DNA of 63,975 nt, filler included, from Octopus bimaculoides (lineage: Eukaryota): NCBI RefSeq assembly GCF_001194135.2. It is 4 parts of 4 records of this genome, joined end to end, with 100 filler letters (N's around TTAATTAATTAA, not from the genome) between each part and the next. Parts side by side here need not be neighbours in the genome. Positions count along the whole stretch, not along the records: positions 24,439 to 53,041 come from NC_068989.1; 3 more parts are not named here. One strand, written 5' to 3'. The number at the start of each line of letters is the position of its first letter. Position 1 is the first letter of the stretch. This document shows positions 35,848 through 47,831 of this stretch, one piece after another. Made by a program: the position numbers and the translations under genes. The notes under the pieces were generated by a model. It was not told where the DNA came from, made no database searches, and saw only the letters and a list, made by a program, of their open reading frames with translations.

Positions 35848-36240
35848 CATCATCATCATCGTTGTTTAACGTCCGCTTTCCATGCTAGCATGGGTTGGAT
35901 GATTTGACTGAGGACCGGTGAAACCGGATGGCAACACCAGCCTCCAGTCTGATTTGGCAGAGTTTCTACAGCTGGATGCCCTTCCTAACGCCAACCACTC
36001 AGAGAGTGTAGTGGGTGCTTTTACGTGTCACCCGCACGAAGATCAGTCAAGCGGTACTGGCAACGACCACGTTCAAAATGGTATATTTTATGTGCCACCC
36101 GCACAAGAGCCAGTCCAGGGGCACTGGCAACGATCTCTATGAAGGCCAGTCAAGCGGTACTGGCAACGGCCACACTCAAAATGGTGTATTTTATGTGCCA
36201 CCATTTTGAGCGTGGTCGTTGCCAGAACCGCCTGATTGGC
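35848..36240 (-). mobile_element. RTE LINE 3' end copy with rearranged array units
   Basis: Tail plus array units in a different order and number from 17092-17348. Confidence 0.8.
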
Positions 36241-38239
36241 CTTAGGCATGAAATTTTGGGGAGGGGACTAGTCGATTACATCAACCCTAGTGCTCAACTG
36301 GTACTTATTTTATTAACCCCAAAAGGATGAAAGGTTATGTAGATCTTGGTGGAGTTTGAACTCGGAACGTAAAGATAGACAAAATGCTGCTAAGCATTTT
36401 ACCCGGCATGCTATTGATTGTTCAAATGGTTTTTCAGAAAATAATGGTATAAGAAACAGAGAAAGTGGATAGATAAATTGATGCGTGACTATTTATGAGT
36501 AACATGGAAAGTGGAGGAGATAAGGAACATCATTTGAATGGATGTGAATATTAGATTTAAGGTCAAAACTGAAGCCCTAGTATATGAAACACAAGCAACT
36601 CTTAAGGACGAACCATGAGAAGCAAAACTATAGAGTCGTTATTTTGTAGACTCTGAAATTGAAGGAAAAATGGCCAACTGTATCGTGAATGCAGTACACT
36701 GATGAAAAAAGAATAGCAAAGAAGATGCAGTAACATTGCTATGATATGTGATGCACTGTCAAAGCATCACCTATCATTAGTATGTATAAGTTTAACGTTG
36801 CTGATATTTGAACTTGGGTTGTATGGGATGGAATGAAACATCAAAATACTGTTATGGCCTTCTCTATAGTCTTTGCTACTTTGGTAATAAGAGTTTCTGA
36901 TTTAGGCAAAGATTGGTCGTTTTTCTAAGGGAGGACTGTTAGTTGATACCATCAACCCAGTTACTAAGATTGATACTTAATTTTATCAACCCAAAAAGGA
37001 TGAAAGACAAGCAGGATTTGAACTCAGAATGCAAAGAGCTGGATCAAATACTGCATGGCATTTTTTCAGTGTCTTAACAATACTGCCAGGTCACCCACCA
37101 TCTTGCAACTGTCTATACTATACTAAAGAAGATCTCTTATTAATTACTTTGGAGTATGTAGCTTTTACTAAAAGCAAAATTATTAAAGTCTACACTGTCT
37201 AGAAAATTCTTGAAAATTTCAATTTTAATGTATTTTTATCAAAATATTGTTTTAGAAAATTTTTAATTACTGACAATTTCAATTACAGAAAACTAATTTT
37301 AATTCTCTGTGAGATAGTTGTTGTTCCCTCTTTGTCTTTTCTCTTTCACATACACCTTTTGATGCAACTTTCTACAGACATATCAGTAAAAACATTTCTC
37401 CAAATTATAAGTTTATCCTAGTATCACCCAAATTGTTTTGATTCTGGTAGCCTTTCATATTTGTTGCGTGTTTTTGAAGAAGAGGAGTGGTTTTTAAAAA
37501 TTTATTTATGTCAGTTGTGCCAAATATAACCTTGTTGTTATAAGAAAAGCAATGAGGTATAGTATAACTTTAAACACCTTGTATAAATTTCCTAAAACAT
37601 GTATATATGTTTGTTGATCATAAATCTAAAAACTTTGTCTATGATTATTTGACATTTCCCCAGTAACAAAGAAAAATGTTCTGCTTCTAAAAGTAGTCTA
37701 AATTTTTAATACCACCCACTTCAAAATCATTGTGCTTTCCTTTTACTTTTCTTTCTTTTTTTATTTGTTTAGTCACCAAGCAGTGGAGGCGCAATGGCCC
37801 AGTGGTTAGGGAAAATATTGAATTAGTCGAATTAATATGCTGCTAGGGTGACACAGAGATAGTACTTTAATAGATAGTACACTATCAAGTGATATTTTGT
37901 TACGTCAGTAAAAGTAAAGCTATGATAAGCACATGACCAGTGACATGCACCTGACCTTGGGAAAAAAAAAAAAGGAAGTTTCTTCCTGCAATATCATGTA
38001 TTATAAGAAGCTTATCTGTAAGCATTTATCCAANNNNNNNNNNNNNNNNNNNNNNNNNNNNNNNNNNNNNNNNNNNNNNNNNNNNNNNNNNNNNNNNNNN
38101 NNNNNNNNNNNNNNNNNNNNNNNNNNNNNNNNNNNNNNNNNNNNNNNNNNNNNNNNNNNNNNNNNNNNNNNNNNNNNNNNNNNNNNNNNNNNNNNNNNNN
38201 NNNNNNNNNNNNNNNNNNNNNATATATACTATTTTTTTC

Positions 38240-38430
38240 GTTTTGCCAGTGACATGTAAAAAGCACCCACTACACTCTCAGAGTGGTTGGCATTAGGAAG
38301 GGCATCCAGCTGTAGAAACATTGCCAGATCAGATTGGAGCCTGGTGCAGCCGCTGGCTTTCCAGACCTCAGTCAAACCGTCCAACCCACGCCAGCATGGA
38401 AAACGGATGTTAAACAATGATGATGATGAT
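38240..38430 (+). mobile_element. RTE LINE 3' end copy
   Basis: Same tail family ending in (GAT)n. Confidence 0.8.
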
Positions 38431-38844
38431 GCTATTTAAGTTATACTTTTATCAGATAGTACACTATCAAGAAGTGATATTTTATTATGTCAGTAATAGT
38501 GAAGCTATGATAAGCACATCACCAGTGACACGCTTTGGGTTATTAAGTGACATGCAACTCACTTTGGCAAAAAAAAACCCGGAAGTATCTTCCTGCAATA
38601 TCATTTGTTATATGAAACTTATCTGTAAGCATTTATCCAAAATTAAAATACACCTATATATTTAAGTGATGCTCCTATAACAGGATTATGAAGGGAATTA
38701 AAATTTTGACATACTAAGCTTAAAGAGGTTTCAAAGTTCAAATTCTTCCAAGGAATCATCTTATCTCTTTTAACATTCTTAAGCATTCAGTCAGCTATTC
38801 CTATTCTACAGTTCTGAGATTACCACCACCAGCAACAACAACAT

Positions 38845-39030
38845 CATCATCATCATCATCGTCATTTAACGTCCGCTTTCCATGCTCGCATGGGTCGGAC
38901 GATTTGACTGAGTGCTGGTGAAACCAGATGGCTACACCAGGCTCCAATCTGATTTGGCAGAGTTTCTACAGCTGGATGCCTTTCCTAACGCCAACCACTC
39001 CGAGAGTGTAGTGGGTGCATTTTACGTGCC
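38845..39030 (-). mobile_element. RTE LINE 3' end copy
   Basis: Same tail family. Confidence 0.8.
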
Positions 39031-39078
39031 AAGGAACAAAATCTGATATATTATAAAACACCTTGGTGCAGCTGTTGT

Positions 39079-39114
<36 letters not shown>

Positions 39115-39384
39115 GTATTCAGCTAAATCACTACGGTAACTGCATGTTTTTTTTTTTATTCATCTTATTANNNNNNNNNNNNNNNNNNNNNNNNNNNNNN
39201 NNNNNNNNNNNNNNNNNNNNNNNNNNNNNNNNNNNNNNNNNNNNNNNNNNNNNNNNNNNNNNNNNNNNNNNNNNNNNNNNNNNNNNNNNNNNNNNNNNNN
39301 NNNNNNNNNNNNNNNNNNNNNNNNNNNNNNNNNNNNNNNNNNNNNNNNNNNNNNNNNNNNNNNNNNNNNNNNNNNNNNNNNNNN

Positions 39385-39722
39385 GTGGTACCTTGGGCAA
39401 GTGTCTTCTACTATAGTCTCGGGCCGACCAAAGCCTTGTGAGTGGATTTGGTAGACGGAAACTGAAAGAAGCCCGTCGTATATATGTATGTATGTATGTG
39501 TATGTATATGTTTGCGTGTCTGTGTTTGTCCCCCCCAACACCGCTTGACAACCGATGCTGGTGTGTTTACGTCCCCGTAACTTAGCGGTTTGGCAAAAAG
39601 AGACTGATAGAATAAGTACTAGGCTTCCAAAGAATAAGTCCTGGGGTCGATTTGCTCGACTAAAGGTGGTACTCCAGCATGGCCACAGTCAAATGACTGA
39701 AACAAGTAAAAGAGTAAAAGAG
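39385..39722 (+). mobile_element. SINE with an internal (TA/TG)n tract and an (AGTAAAAG)n tail
   Basis: Colinear with 42008-42365; partial copies at 43700-43850, 45840-45960, 54770-54970 (-), 55165-55350, 56930-57020, 59620-59750 (-) and 60745-60895 (-). Confidence 0.8.
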
Positions 39723-39745
39723 TAGTTCTTTAATGTCTTAGTTAA

Positions 39746-39966
39746 CCCTTTAGCATTTAAACCAGCCATATCTAACCAAAGATATTCTACTTATTTTATG
39801 TTCAAATTGGCTAGATCCAGCCTCTCACACTGGACCTATAATGTAATTCTTAAAAATAAACATCATATCATCAAAATCTTGAAGCTACATGGTAATGTAT
39901 GTTTAATTGAAAACTATATGAGTTAATAAGCATTACATCTGGCAGAATAATCTGAATGCTAAATGG
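39746..39966. mobile_element. TTAA-flanked MITE (piggyBac-like ends)
   Basis: TTAA-CCCTTTAGCATT ... AATGCTAAATGG-TTAA. Confidence 0.7.
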
Positions 39967-42007
39967 TTAAAATTAAATTCAGGTAAGAGAGGTGTTGGAG
40001 AGAGCCTATTAGAATTACTAACAGTATATGGGGCTGTAAAACTCAAGATGTTTTCCATTTACACAAACATTCATGTTGGAATGATATGGACTGAAGGAGA
40101 TTTAGCTGAACTACCATGTGGAGACTCCTTCATGAGCTTGCATGAGGATATTGTTGAGAAACATGGTCTAGATGTTTGACTCAACTCCAGTGTAGCACTA
40201 AAATATAATTTAATAGTCCCAGAGTTATGACAAATAAACCTTGTAGGATTTGAACTTGAAACAAAAAAGATTTGAACTCTAAAGCTAAAAATACTGCAAT
40301 GGTTTAGTCAAATGCTATTTTACATTGAACATGTCCATCATTTTGTTAGATATCACAGTAAGTATCAGGTAATGTTTCTTCTTGTTCTTCTTCGATCAAT
40401 CAATATTATAGTTTTATCTTGACCATTACTATGGCATCATGATTATAGGCCAAGTTGGTGACCCATATTTGAATAAAGTTCTATTCATTTCACCTCACCT
40501 GCATCACCAATACACTTGGGAAAAACACTGAATGTCCATATAATTAATTGCATCTTCATTCTTTTTGATAAAAGGTCTTGTACTTAGAGGTAAGAGAAAA
40601 GCAAATATACTGTTTATTTCATAAAAAAATGTTTTCAGATTCATTTTCTTGAGTTTTTATGATCAGAAGTAGTCACTAATGGATCATTAATCCTATTAAC
40701 ATCATGAAGTTGGAAGGACGTGTTGAGGTCAGATTTGCCTCAAGGACAAAATGACAGAGAATTGCGAACAGAATTATGATCTATAGTAAACTTATACAAC
40801 CTATGTTGACATGAGGACAATGTTGTTGTTGATGAAATGATGATAGTTGAAGTAGGTCATGGATTTGGGTTGCCAGTAGCTGACTTTCTTTATAACAATG
40901 GTCACCTTCAACTTTATATCGATTGCTAATATCACCTTTCAGCAATTTGTTAAAACAGCCTAGTTGAGTTATCTTCTCTTTTTTTTTTTAATTAAAAGCT
41001 GCTTATTCGTTTCTGTCTTTGTTTTATGCATGTGTGTGCATGCACGCACACATATGCACACACAGCTATGAGTACTCACTTATGCACATAAACAGCAGGT
41101 GAAAACCTGAAAACTAGTCTGTTTTGAAATTACAAAAAATATACTGTAGAAAGAAACCTTATACTAGTCAGCTCTTATTGACATTGAAAAGCTTTCAAAT
41201 GAATGTGTGTGTGTACAATGTCTCAGGTAACCAAAAAGTACATGCGGAATCGTTTCTCAAATGTCTTTCACATTGAAATAAACCCCTTCACAATCCATAA
41301 CCTTTTCTCAATAAGATACAAGTATGTTAATCTTACTTTCATAAGATGATTTGTTTTCAGAGAAAAAATTCTGGCCACCTGTCTTAATCTCTGTTTTATT
41401 GTGGAATTCTCTGGTGTATGTGATTGGAATCTGGTGCATCCTCCCAGCTTGCCAGTCCTCAGTCAAACCATCCAACCCATGCCAGCATGGAAAGCAGGCG
41501 TTAAACAATGATGATGATGATCTTTGCCAAGACAAACCATTACTAATATGCTCAAATCTAGATTTTTGTTGTTCATTTTTCCCCTTTAACTTTTATACGC
41601 TTGTTAAACCTGAATCATGACAATTTAACCCACATTTCTGATACAGTTTAGTACTTGAATGATATGGGATTTCCCAGACTGGTGACTCTTTGCTTTAGGA
41701 TTCTAGGTTCACAAAAGTAGCAAACAAAATCACATAGTTTTCTTCACTTGTCTTATGGTCATGTGGTTCTCTGCTTTTCCCATTTGGTCATGGGAACCAA
41801 TGTGTCACCTGCTCATGTATCATTTTATATCACACACCTTCATGCACGCACGTATGCATGCATACACACACGCACACACACTCTCTCTCTCTCTTTACTC
41901 ATATTTCTTACTCCTTCCCTCAAATACTTCTAATAGCCTTTCTCCCTATCTTCTCTCACCCTTTCTCTTAATTTTATGATTATATCTACAGACATACATC
42001 TAATGTG

Positions 42008-42102
42008 TGGCACCTTGGGCATGTGTCTTCTACTATAGCCTCGGGCCAACCAAAGCCTTGTGAGTGGATTTGGTAGACGGAAACTGAAAGAAGCCTGTCG
42101 TA

Positions 42103-42169
<67 letters not shown>

Positions 42170-42365
42170 GTGTGTATATGTTTGTGTGTCTGTGTTTGTC
42201 CCCCCCAACTTCCCTTGACAACCGATGCTGGTGTGTTTACGTCCCCATAACCAAGCGGTTCAGCAAAAAGAGACCAATAGAATAAGTCCTGGGGTCGATT
42301 TGCTCGACTAAAGGCGGTGCTCCAGCATGGCCGCAGTCAAATGACTGAAACAAGTAAAAGAGTAA
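42008..42365 (+). mobile_element. SINE with an expanded internal (TA)n tract
   Basis: Same family as 39385-39722; the internal microsatellite is longer here. Confidence 0.8.
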
Positions 42366-43148
42366 AATAAGCGTTACATTTGACAGTAATCTGAATGCTA
42401 AAGGATTAATGGGGCTTGTGGAATCCATATCTCTTTCGGGCAAAGTTTTATTTGCAGTCACTGCTCTCCTAGATTTGTTGCCTTCACTAAAATTTGTAAA
42501 GTCTATGTCTCCTTTTCTGAGTTACTGTTTTCCTAATTAGATGATCTTCCACTATGGTTCATATCTCCCCATAATGCTGCTGAGGGCACTCACAGTGTTG
42601 TGGTAGGAAATAGCAGGAGCTTACAGTAGGTTGATGTATTTGTTTGGCGTATATATAAAGTGATGGTATGAAGATTATAGTAGACTGGCAGCAGGTTGGT
42701 AGTCACTGGAGCAATGGTGGCTGGCCATACTTGTCATAATAGGGGATTGACCTGCATAAGACTGCTTGAGCATGTTTGCCAGAGTCAGAAAGTAGATACA
42801 GATTCACCAGGAGACAAATAAATGTATTTGTTTACATGTACACAGGTACAACCTCCTTAACGCATACCACTACCACCACCACCACCACCACCACCACTGC
42901 CACTGCCACTGCCACCACCACTACCACCACCATTGTAAATAAATAGCTTTTGGTGTCAAAATATTTTTACATATTGTTTCATAATGATAGAGCTCTTTGT
43001 TCACAATTTTTTTAGCTATCTTTTTTTTAATTAGCTACCGTCTGTCCCAAGTGTTTACTTGTGGCATATATCTGGTATGTATGTATGTATGTATGTGTAT
43101 TTATTAGTACATGTATATATATATATATATTTTACTATTTTTTTGCAG

Positions 43149-43347
43149 GTAGCAGTACTGCATGTATAGTGTCACTCCATCGAGAAGAGCGAACTGTATA
43201 CACTGCCAATTTAGGTGACAGTGGATTCCTAGTTATTCGCCATGATGAAGTCATTCACCGTTCACAAGAACAACAACATTACTTTAACACTCCATTCCAG
43301 CTAGCCGTGGCTCCACCACCACAACGAGGCCAAATTATCAGTGACAG
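43149..43347 (+). CDS. PPTC7: Protein phosphatase PTC7 homolog (PP2C family), internal exon
   Basis: ttgcag acceptor and AG|gtgagt donor; (G)[65 protein letters not shown](S); 199 nt. Confidence 0.95.
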
Positions 43348-44599
43348 GTGAGTAGTTTTTTTTCATATCATCCCTTCACACCAGCATCACATCTATTTCT
43401 GTCCTCATTTTTACTCTCTCTCTCTCTCTCTTCCTTCTGGCTGGGTAACCAACCATGTATCTCCTTTACAACAGCACACCTGTTTTTATTGCCATTCTTG
43501 ATCACTCTCTCTTTTTCACCAGGTAACCATGTAAAAATCACTCAGTCCACACTGCGAGGTGGTTGGTCAGCTCTTGTGAAACCATCCAACCCATGGTAGC
43601 ATGGACAGCGGATGTTAAACGACAACAACAACAACAACAATAATGATGATGATGATGTAGTTACCTGTTGAGCACTTTGTACTCTAGGCACAGGCATGGC
43701 TGAGTTGTCAAGAAGCTTGCTTTGCAACCAAATGACTTTGAGTTCAGTCCCACTGTGTGGCAGCTTAGGCAAGTGTCTTCTACTATAGACCCAGGTTGAC
43801 AAATGCCTTGTGAATGAATTTCGTGGACAGAAACTGAGGAACCCATTATATATGTGTGTGTGTCTCTCTCTCTCTGGCTTTTAAATCATGCAATTAAAAA
43901 AACTGCATTATTTATAGGATGACTGAATAATTTCATTCAATATCACAAATGATAATGACTTAATCTCGTTTAATATCATGAATGATGACGACAGTGGAAG
44001 CAGCTATTGGAACTCAAAGACCTCCTTTTTTGTTTGGTTGTTATGTCAGCAAGGCCAGTGGTTTCATGTCCTTCCTTCAGTACTGCACTGTGTCCTTGGT
44101 CAGGATGTGAGTTATCTTTCAGTAGCTCTAAATAGATTCCATGATAATTATATTCTTCTCTTGTTAATAATATTAATAATTTATTATTGTTGTTTTTAAT
44201 GTCCACTTTTCCATGCGGCTCTGGATTAGATAAAACATTGAGGCAGTTTTTCTGTGGCTGGATGTTCTTCCTGTTGCCAACCATTACTTGTTTCCAGCAG
44301 TAAGGTACTGTTTCCTCTAGAGCAGTGGTTCTCATCCATTTTTTTAATCTATGAACCCCTTCGATTACTATTTTATTCATGTGGAGGTATCTCTGTTAAC
44401 TTGTTTGTGTGATTACAATATGAAGTTAACTGGAAAAAGTTTAGTTGAAGTGTAATGTCTATATAGAAATTGTCTTTCATGCAGATTTGCCTGATTATGA
44501 TGAGAATATTGAATACTGCTGTAATAATGATATTGGTGGTCATGTTAATAATGATGGGTAATATGTGTTTGTGTTTTTCTTTTTCCTTCTATGTCATAG

Positions 44600-44723
44600 T
44601 CCAAGCATGGCTGAAAATTCATCCTTTGGTGTACAAGAAGGAGACATCATTCTACTAGGTACCGATGGTTTATTTGACAATATGAATGAAGACATGTTAC
44701 TAGATTATGTATCTAAATTAAAG
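44600..44723 (+). CDS. PPTC7: PPTC7 internal exon
   Basis: catag acceptor and AAG|gtgagt donor; PSMAENSSFGVQEGDIILLGTDGLFDNMNEDMLLDYVSKLK (TDGLFDN motif); 124 nt, phase-compatible. Confidence 0.95.
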
Positions 44724-44847
44724 GTGAGTTGATTATTTATCATTCCTCTTAATTACTAGCTTCATAGCTGTTTGAATAACTAAGTGATTTCTGTATGAGT
44801 TTTGGGTGTCAAAAGCTGCAACCAGTTGAATCTTTAGTCTATTAGGC

Positions 44848-45127
44848 CAGGGGTTTTCAAACTTTTTGACTTGTGGACCCCTTTATATTTCAGGGTTTAC
44901 CTTAGGGACCCCCTTATAAACGCTTATGAAATTTATATATAAATATTTGCTTAAAATAACATATATTTTTACATTTATTTATTTAACAGTATTTAACAAA
45001 TAGGTTTATTGTCAATTAAAAGATTTCGATTAAAAAACATATATAAAATCAAATTGCCCATAAAAAGTATTTGCTGTCCACGGACCCCCCTGTCTTGTCC
45101 TTGCGGACCACAGTTTGAAAACCCCTG
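44848..45127. mobile_element. hAT MITE in a PPTC7 intron, opposite orientation to the copy at 25840
   Basis: TIRs CAGGGGTTTTCAAAC / GTTTGAAAACCCCTG; 8-bp TSD TATTAGGC at 44840-44847 and 45128-45135. Confidence 0.92.
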
Positions 45128-46125
45128 TATTAGGCAATGAGCACAAAAAGGGCAACATGAGAAGAACGAGTTTTTTTTTAACAAATGTATAAGTTTAGTG
45201 CTTTAAAATGAGGAGAAAGTGTCTTGATGTTTTGGATGATAGTCCTTCATTTGAAGAAGGGTAGAAAGAAATAAAAGAATGAGAAAAGGTGGTTAGACTA
45301 AAAAGAAGGAGAGTATTGTAGTTCGCTTGAAGCATTGTGTATTGTTTGTAAAGAATGAAAAGTTTAGAATGGTATAACAATGCACTATAGAACAAAAAAT
45401 GGACTATATACCTGTTGTAACTTGGTTATCTATAGTCCGATGATATTTCAGAATTACAATTCCTTCTTCAGATCTTATTTGCTGGAGTCTCTGCTATAAA
45501 CTGTTTTCCAATGGTTTTTCTTTTTTTTTTAAATGTTTTGGGTGTCTAAAAAGAAGGAAAAAGGGGTTCGGGGCCAGGTGAGGATGCTGTTTTGTAGGGT
45601 TGGTGTTAGGAAGGGACGAGGAGGTTGGGGTGGTGTATGCATGTACAGGAGGATATCTTTGTATAGAGATGGGTATAGGAGTAGGTGTGTATACAGTGGT
45701 AAGGGGTATGTCTAGGTGTGTGAAATTGAGCAAGTATGGGATTGTAGTGACATGATATAGTGGGAAAGTGGGAAGATAGGTTGTATGTCATGATGGCATC
45801 CTTATAACTCCTTCAGGAGTGGGAAGCCTAAGGAAAGGAGGCTTGCAACCACATGGTTTCAGGGTCAGGGGTCAGTCCCACTGCAAACCATCTAGGGCAA
45901 GTGTCTTTTACTATAACCCTGGCCAGCCAATGCCTTGGGAGTGAATTTGATTCACAGAAACAGAATAAACCATCCAACTCATGCCAGCATGACCAACGGA
46001 CGTTAAATGATGATGATGGTGATGGCGGCAGCGGCAGTGGCGGCGGTGATGGGCTTCGACATAATTTCAGTCTGTCAAATTCCACTCACATAGAATGGTT
46101 AAAACTGAGACTATAGTAGATGTTG

Positions 46126-46156
<31 letters not shown>

Positions 46157-46304
46157 GTATTGAACCCAGAGCCAGGTGTTTGTGAATCAAATTTCTTAAC
46201 CACATCACTATGACGGGGATTTTGTATATTTTGAATGACTAGAAATGAATGCATTTTTGATTATCTTGTCAATATTTTCATGTGATTTAATATTAATGAC
46301 ACAG

Positions 46305-46434
46305 GACCATCGTCAAGACAATATACAAAAGACGGCCAGTAAGATTGCTGAAGAAGCTCACCAATTGGCCTTTGATCCTGACTATCTTTCACCTTTTGCT
46401 CTTACTGCCATAGATGCTGGTATAGAAATTCGAG
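46305..46434 (+). CDS. PPTC7: PPTC7 penultimate coding exon
   Basis: acacag acceptor and G|gtatgt donor; DHRQDNIQKTASKIAEEAHQLAFDPDYLSPFALTAIDAGIEIR(G); 130 nt. The final GKPDDIT exon was not found and may be in the gap at 46916-47501. Confidence 0.93.
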
Positions 46435-46551
46435 GTATGTCATTCCCAAATTTACTCTTTTGTACCAAGTACACTTTGTGTTTATATTTGCCTTGTTCAT
46501 AGAACCGTCTTAGAAGTATATATAAATATGTATAGATTAGTTGGCATTAGT

Positions 46552-46790
46552 GGAGGTGCAATGGCCCAGTGGTTAGGGCAGCGGACTTGCGGTCATAGGA
46601 TCGTGGTTTCGATTCCCAGACCGGGCGTTGTGAGTGTTTACTGAGCGAAAACACCTAAAGCTCCACGAGGCTCCGGCAGGGGGATGGTGGTGGACCCTGC
46701 TGTACTCTTTCACCACAACTTTCTCTCACTCTTACTTCCTGTTTCTGTTGTGCCTGTAATTCAAAGGGTCAGCCTTGTCACACTGTGTCA
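46552..46790 (+). mobile_element. tRNA-derived SINE
   Basis: A-box TGGCCCAGTGG and B-box GGTTTCGATTCC in a tRNA-like head followed by a non-tRNA body; a head fragment is also at 37782-37810. Confidence 0.8.
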
Positions 46791-47502
46791 CTGGTGCAAC
46801 TCTTTGGTTTGCCAATTTCTGTCCAACCCATGCCAGTATGGATGTTAAATGGCAGCAGTGGTGGTGGTGGCGGTGGTGAGACAAAAACAATATTTGATTG
46901 AACATTTAAGATAACNNNNNNNNNNNNNNNNNNNNNNNNNNNNNNNNNNNNNNNNNNNNNNNNNNNNNNNNNNNNNNNNNNNNNNNNNNNNNNNNNNNNN
47001 NNNNNNNNNNNNNNNNNNNNNNNNNNNNNNNNNNNNNNNNNNNNNNNNNNNNNNNNNNNNNNNNNNNNNNNNNNNNNNNNNNNNNNNNNNNNNNNNNNNN
47101 NNNNNNNNNNNNNNNNNNNNNNNNNNNNNNNNNNNNNNNNNNNNNNNNNNNNNNNNNNNNNNNNNNNNNNNNNNNNNNNNNNNNNNNNNNNNNNNNNNNN
47201 NNNNNNNNNNNNNNNNNNNNNNNNNNNNNNNNNNNNNNNNNNNNNNNNNNNNNNNNNNNNNNNNNNNNNNNNNNNNNNNNNNNNNNNNNNNNNNNNNNNN
47301 NNNNNNNNNNNNNNNNNNNNNNNNNNNNNNNNNNNNNNNNNNNNNNNNNNNNNNNNNNNNNNNNNNNNNNNNNNNNNNNNNNNNNNNNNNNNNNNNNNNN
47401 NNNNNNNNNNNNNNNNNNNNNNNNNNNNNNNNNNNNNNNNNNNNNNNNNNNNNNNNNNNNNNNNNNNNNNNNNNNNNNNNNNNNNNNNNNNNNNNNNNNN
47501 NN

Positions 47503-47758
47503 CAACATACTGAAAATTTAGAAATAGCAGTCAAAGAACTACTGATTCCAAACTACAAATTTTTCTCTAAAGCGGATGGCGATATTTATGGCACACATAG
47601 AACAAAAACCGGAGGGAAAAGCGTAAACAAACCAAGCCTTTAGTTAATTGGATACGAATCGTTTCATGGTTAAGTGAATGGAAATCCGCTTTAGAGAAAA
47701 ATTTGTAGTTTGGAATCAGTAGTTCTTTGACTGCTATTTCTAAATTTTCAGTATGTTG
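47503..47758. repeat. Perfect 75-bp inverted repeat with a 106-bp spacer
   Basis: 47503-47577 is the exact reverse complement of 47684-47758; the left arm starts at a gap edge. Confidence 0.9.
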
Positions 47759-47800
47759 GAGAAGCAACTCAATTGCTAATCCCTGTATATTTATGATGAT

Positions 47801-47831
<31 letters not shown>

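Noticed and set aside
46558-46630. tRNA gene
   Set aside because: The head continues into a SINE body and has no proper acceptor stem or anticodon arm.
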